A stretch of 32,716 bases of DNA from Candidatus Saccharimonadales bacterium. GTDB taxonomy: Bacteria; Patescibacteriota; Saccharimonadia; Saccharimonadales; UBA10212. Position numbers and translations under genes: made by a program. Each line of letters starts with the position of its first letter. Position 1 is the stretch's first letter. Under the pieces are notes generated by a model, which saw only the letters and a list, made by a program, of their open reading frames with translations, had not been told where the DNA came from and searched no databases. Where the stretch lies: contig JBEKOJ010000001.1 of the NCBI GenBank assembly GCA_049521895.1, forward strand, positions 1 to 32,716. The letters run 5' to 3'. This document shows positions 29,551-32,716 of the stretch, piece after piece.

Positions 29551-30366
29551 ATGGCATGGGAAAGAAACCCGGCTTATAAGCCCGGGCAAAAAGAGCCTTT
29601 TAAGCTGTCGCGCAGCAAAATTGACCTGTTTATGCAGTGTCCACGTTGCTTTTGGCTAGAGGTACGTAAAGACATAAAGAGACCATCCAGCCCACCCTTT
29701 TTGATCAACACCGCAATCGATACTCTTCTAAAGATTGAATTCGATACTTACCGCGCTAAAGGCGAGCAGCATCCATGGCAAATTGAATTTAAAATAGATG
29801 CTAAACCTTTTGCGCATAACGATATGGATCGTTGGCGTGATGCTCTAAGGCGTGGAGTCCGTGTCGAGCATAAGCCAACCAATCTTCTAATAACTGGTGG
29901 GGTGGACGATGTTTGGGTTAATTCCAAGGGCGAACTTGTCGTCGTGGACTACAAAGCTACCGCTAAAAGGGGGGAGATTGAAAGTTTAGGGCCCAAGGGA
30001 ACTTGGCAGGATATGTACCGGCGGCAAATGGAAATCTACCAATGGCTGCTGCGCGGCGAAGGCCATAAAGTTAGCGACACTGGCTACTTCGTCTACGTCA
30101 ACGGTATCGCTGAGGCCGATGGTTTTTTCAATAAAGTCGAGTTTCGGACGAATGTTTTTCCGTATGAGGGCAGCGATAAATGGGTAGAACCAACGTTGGT
30201 GAAAATCAAGGAATGTTTAGAGAGCGAAAAGATGCCGCCTGTTGGGAAGAAGGTCATGGATCAGACCAAGCCCTGCGAATACTGTACCTACGCCCGTGCG
30301 CGCACTCAGCTAACCTTGGATTCTGTCCAGCGGACCGGTAAAAAACCTAAATTTTATGCTGCTTAA
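29551..30366 (+). CDS. PD-(D/E)XK nuclease-superfamily protein, Cas4/RecB-like with four Cys
   Basis: Contains GGVDDVWV...VVVDYK (D...D/ExK), an N-terminal CPRC and a C-terminal CEYC. TGTACAAT lies 6 nt upstream of the ATG. Confidence 0.7.
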   Translation: MAWERNPAYKPGQKEPFKLSRSKIDLFMQCPRCFWLEVRKDIKRPSSPPFLINTAIDTLLKIEFDTYRAKGEQHPWQIEFKIDAKPFAHNDMDRWRDALRRGVRVEHKPTNLLITGGVDDVWVNSKGELVVVDYKATAKRGEIESLGPKGTWQDMYRRQMEIYQWLLRGEGHKVSDTGYFVYVNGIAEADGFFNKVEFRTNVFPYEGSDKWVEPTLVKIKECLESEKMPPVGKKVMDQTKPCEYCTYARARTQLTLDSVQRTGKKPKFYAA

Positions 30367-30876
30367 AAAATCGGGTAGCGTCTTGAAAATCTTTTTTTAT
30401 AGCGTCAAAAGCAAACTTATCCGTCGGCAGGCTATCGGGTTTAAAAAACTTAAAATCCGCAACATCATCAGCCGGTTCGGGCTCGGCGTCTTCAGGGAAC
30501 TTCCCAACAAAACACGCAGCAAGAGTTTGATAAGTAACACCTTGGAATAAGTATGGTTCGGTGTGTGAACCCACGTAGTGCAAGTCTCCTATTTTTATCC
30601 CCAGCTCTTCCATAGTCTCTCGCCTGGCGTTTTCTTCCAGAGTTTCATTTTCTCTTCCACAAAGCCGCCAGGCAGGTCCCAATAACCTTTGACGGGGTCC
30701 ACAGCTCTTTCAACAAGAAGGTACTCTCCCTTATCGTTGACTAAAATGACGGCCGTACAGGGCTTGGGGTTTAAGTAGTAACTAAGACTGCAGTTGGCGC
30801 ATGCCAAATAACCTTTCTTTTTGGAAAAGGAACTACCGCAACGTGGGCAAAATTTGTAGGCTTGTGCTATCTCCAC
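30347..30876 (-). pseudogene. NUDIX hydrolase with an N-terminal zinc ribbon, split by a frameshift at an A4 run
   Basis: ORF 30595..30876 ends ...GYWDLPGGFVEE. ORF 30347..30682, in another frame, carries ENETLEENARRETMEELGI, the rest of the Nudix box. The switch point is T4/A4 at 30648-30651. Confidence 0.75.
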
Positions 30877-30920
30877 TCAAATATGATAACAATTTACGGG
30901 CTAGTAGCTATAATAAAGGC

Positions 30921-32219
30921 ATGCTAGATATTCGGTTTATCCGAGAAAATGCCGAGCTCGTCCAAGAAAAGTCTAAGCAAAAAGGCTACGACGTTGATAT
31001 CAGTAAGCTTTTGCAGTTGGACGAACAGCGCCGACAGCTAATGTCCGATATCGAAATAGTCCGTGCCGAACGCAACAAGCTAGCTGAGGCTGCCAAAGGC
31101 CAGGCGCCATCTGCCGAAGCAATAGAGCACGGCAAACACCTAAAGCAGCATTTAGCGGACTGCGAAGCCCGCCTAAAACCAATTGAAGAGCAGCTCGGGA
31201 AGCTTTTAAAGACCGTGCCTAATATGCCGCTCGATGATGTACCCATTGGCACAAGCGAAGCCGAAAATGTAGTTGGCAAAGAATGGGGCGACAAACCACA
31301 GTTCGACTTTGAACCTAAAAAACATTGGGAAATAGCAGAAAGCCGTGGCTGGTTAGATCAGGAACGGGCAGCTAGAGTAGCCGGCAGCCGTTTCGTTTAT
31401 GTGAAAGGTGATCTCGTACGCTTACAGTTTGCCCTAATGCAGTTTGGATTGGATGTTTTGACTAATGAAGAAACGCTCAAAAAAATTATTCAACAATTTG
31501 ACCTTAAAGACATATCATCCAAACCTTTTATACCAGTCTTACCACCAGCGGTTGCCAGAACTGATGTATATGAAGCTACTGGGAGGTTAAATAAACAAGA
31601 ACAAACCTATAAATTGGAAGATGAAGACTTGTGGCTCAACGCCAGCGCGGAGCATACCTTAGCGCCTATGTATTTAGATGAAATTTTGGATGAGGCTGAA
31701 TTGCCGATCCGCTATGTTGGCTATACCACCGCCTTTAGGCGTGAAGCTGGCACTTATGGTAAAGACACTGAAGGCATGATAAGACTGCACCAATTCGATA
31801 AACTAGAAATGGAGAGCTTTAACCTGCCGGAAAATTCTTTGAATGAACATCTCTTCCTTATAGCGATTGAAGAGTATTTAATGCAGCAACTAAAACTGCC
31901 TTATCACATATTAAATAAATGCACGGCCGATATTGGCCTGCCGAACGCCCGCGGTGTCGATCTAGAGGCCTGGTTTCCTGGAGAAAATAAATATCGCGAG
32001 ACTCACACCGCTGATTATATAGGTGATTATCAAGCCCGAGGTATGAATACTCGTGTACGTCGTCAAGACGGTAAACTCCAGGTTGCCCACAATAATGATG
32101 CCACGGCCTTCTCCCAGCGTCCGTTACTGGCTATCATTGAAAACTTTCAGGATAAAGACGGCAAAGTCACCATACCCGAAGTTCTACAACCCTACATGCA
32201 CGGTCAATCCACTCTGTAA
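30921..32219 (+). CDS. serS: Seryl-tRNA synthetase
   Basis: MLDIRFIREN... begins a coiled-coil arm followed by class II motifs (TAFRREAG, RLHQFDKLE). TATAAT (30909-30914) lies 6 nt upstream of ATG 30921. The track start at 30801 overlaps the divergent NUDIX gene. Confidence 0.95.
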   Translation: MLDIRFIRENAELVQEKSKQKGYDVDISKLLQLDEQRRQLMSDIEIVRAERNKLAEAAKGQAPSAEAIEHGKHLKQHLADCEARLKPIEEQLGKLLKTVPNMPLDDVPIGTSEAENVVGKEWGDKPQFDFEPKKHWEIAESRGWLDQERAARVAGSRFVYVKGDLVRLQFALMQFGLDVLTNEETLKKIIQQFDLKDISSKPFIPVLPPAVARTDVYEATGRLNKQEQTYKLEDEDLWLNASAEHTLAPMYLDEILDEAELPIRYVGYTTAFRREAGTYGKDTEGMIRLHQFDKLEMESFNLPENSLNEHLFLIAIEEYLMQQLKLPYHILNKCTADIGLPNARGVDLEAWFPGENKYRETHTADYIGDYQARGMNTRVRRQDGKLQVAHNNDATAFSQRPLLAIIENFQDKDGKVTIPEVLQPYMHGQSTL

Positions 32220-32251
32220 ATTCGGGCCGTTTTGCGTTAAAATATGCAGAT

Positions 32252-32337
32252 AGCTAGGAGCTTGGAGCCAAGAGCTTAGAGCACGCAGGCCACTTCAATC
32301 CGAGCTATGGACTAACAGCTAAGGACTCACGGCTAAT
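32252..32337. repeat. Two blocks of tandem repeats in the serS-secA spacer. The first is AGCnnnG heptads x5. The second is the 14-mer AGCTAnGGACTnAC x2.5
   Basis: 32252-32286 reads AGCTAGG AGCTTGG AGCCAAG AGCTTAG AGCACGC. 32303-32337 reads AGCTATGGACTAAC AGCTAAGGACTCAC GGCTAAT. Confidence 0.65.
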
Positions 32338-32343
32338 TTATTT

Positions 32344-32716
32344 ATGGTTAAATTCATTAATACTAAACTTATAAAACGTGCGCTCGGCGACCCCCAGGCC
32401 GCGACTATTAAACGTATGCGCAAAAGGGCTAAAGTCATCAATGAACTGGCTCCTAAATACAAAAAAATGTCCGATGCCCAGCTTAAAGACCAGACCGAGG
32501 AGCTAAAAAAGCGGCTGGCCGGCGGCGAAACACTGGATCAACTTCTGCCTGATGCTTTCGCCGTGGTGCGCGAGGCGGCCACTCGCACTCTCAAGCAAAC
32601 TCACTTTGACGTGCAATTGATCGGTGGCATAGTACTGCACGAAGGTTCAGTAGCCGAGATGAAAACCGGCGAAGGTAAAACTTTAGTTGCTACACTCGCT
32701 GTCTATCTAAATGCCT
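32344..32716 (+). CDS. secA: Preprotein translocase ATPase SecA, N-terminal fragment (continues beyond the window)
   Basis: Hand translation gives [17 protein letters not shown]...[34 protein letters not shown], which contains the canonical SecA Walker A region. Confidence 0.9.
   Translation, partial: MVKFINTKLIKRALGDPQAATIKRMRKRAKVINELAPKYKKMSDAQLKDQTEELKKRLAGGETLDQLLPDAFAVVREAATRTLKQTHFDVQLIGGIVLHEGSVAEMKTGEGKTLVATLAVYLNA

Noticed and set aside
3127-30900. The recurrent heptamer TTACGGG(G) in intergenic DNA (3127, 14885 rc, 29502, 30894), plus TACGGGGT at about 15021 and 15080.
   Set aside because: The expected chance count of a 7-mer on both strands in 33 kb is about 4. I could not exhaustively exclude copies in coding sequence, so enrichment is unproven.
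12591-32337. CRISPR array interpretation of the repeated words in spacers.
   Set aside because: The repeat units are 7-14 nt and directly tandem, with no unique spacers of 25-40 nt. The words differ between loci and no cas genes are present.
1-32716. Alternative genetic code (UGA or UAG reassignment, as in some CPR lineages).
   Set aside because: TGA terminates the LCP gene, prfA and lysK. TAG terminates parB and htrA. TAA terminates parA, prmC and serS. All of these end at positions matching expected protein lengths, so the standard code fits.

Overview
This 32.7-kb window is a gene-dense stretch of core genome from a small-genome bacterium, with mixed GC of roughly 50%. TGA, TAA and TAG all terminate clear genes, so the genetic code is standard. 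Recognisable genes include a 5'-truncated surface fibre/lectin-like protein, parA-parB, lepB, an LCP-family enzyme and HtrA. On the minus strand sit rpmE, prfA, a P-loop kinase-like gene and prmC. The plus strand continues with rpsB-tsf, frr, rseP, a CPBP protease, proS, greA, a class I LysRS and an Mpg glycosylase. These are followed by an ABC-2 exporter pair, a class-A beta-lactamase-like hydrolase, a zincin metallopeptidase, YggT, a Cas4-like PD-(D/E)XK nuclease, a frameshifted NUDIX gene, serS and the 5' end of secA. Several features fit a Patescibacteria/CPR (Saccharibacteria-like) lineage: a 154-aa EF-Ts, a 420-aa ProRS, a class I LysRS, and no pyrH, uppS or cdsA inside the conserved rpsB...proS cluster. 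This placement is inference only. The coding content is ordinary; the unusual signals are in the non-coding DNA. (1) A ~170-nt structured element occurs twice (8221-8389 and 28328-28494) with compensatory base changes. (2) An orphan promoter drives a ~110-nt structured RNA ending in a terminator-like hairpin (28180-28327). (3) Two large hairpin domains lie in the htrA/prmC convergent gap. (4) A 22-24-bp palindrome, AAT(T)ACTTAAC-NN-GTTAAGTA(A)TT, recurs at three gene ends. (5) Opposed arrays of 7-nt (once 9-nt) tandem words fill many intergenic spacers and even the 3' end of rpsB. (6) Three Shine-Dalgarno-led small membrane ORFs sit antisense where pyrH is normally found. (7) A 135-bp duplication or insertion, bounded by 30-bp perfect direct repeats, rewrites the metallopeptidase C-terminus. 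(8) Many genes have a -10 box only 6-8 nt upstream of the start codon, which suggests widespread leaderless mRNAs. No tRNA, rRNA, CRISPR array, transposase or canonical parS was seen.
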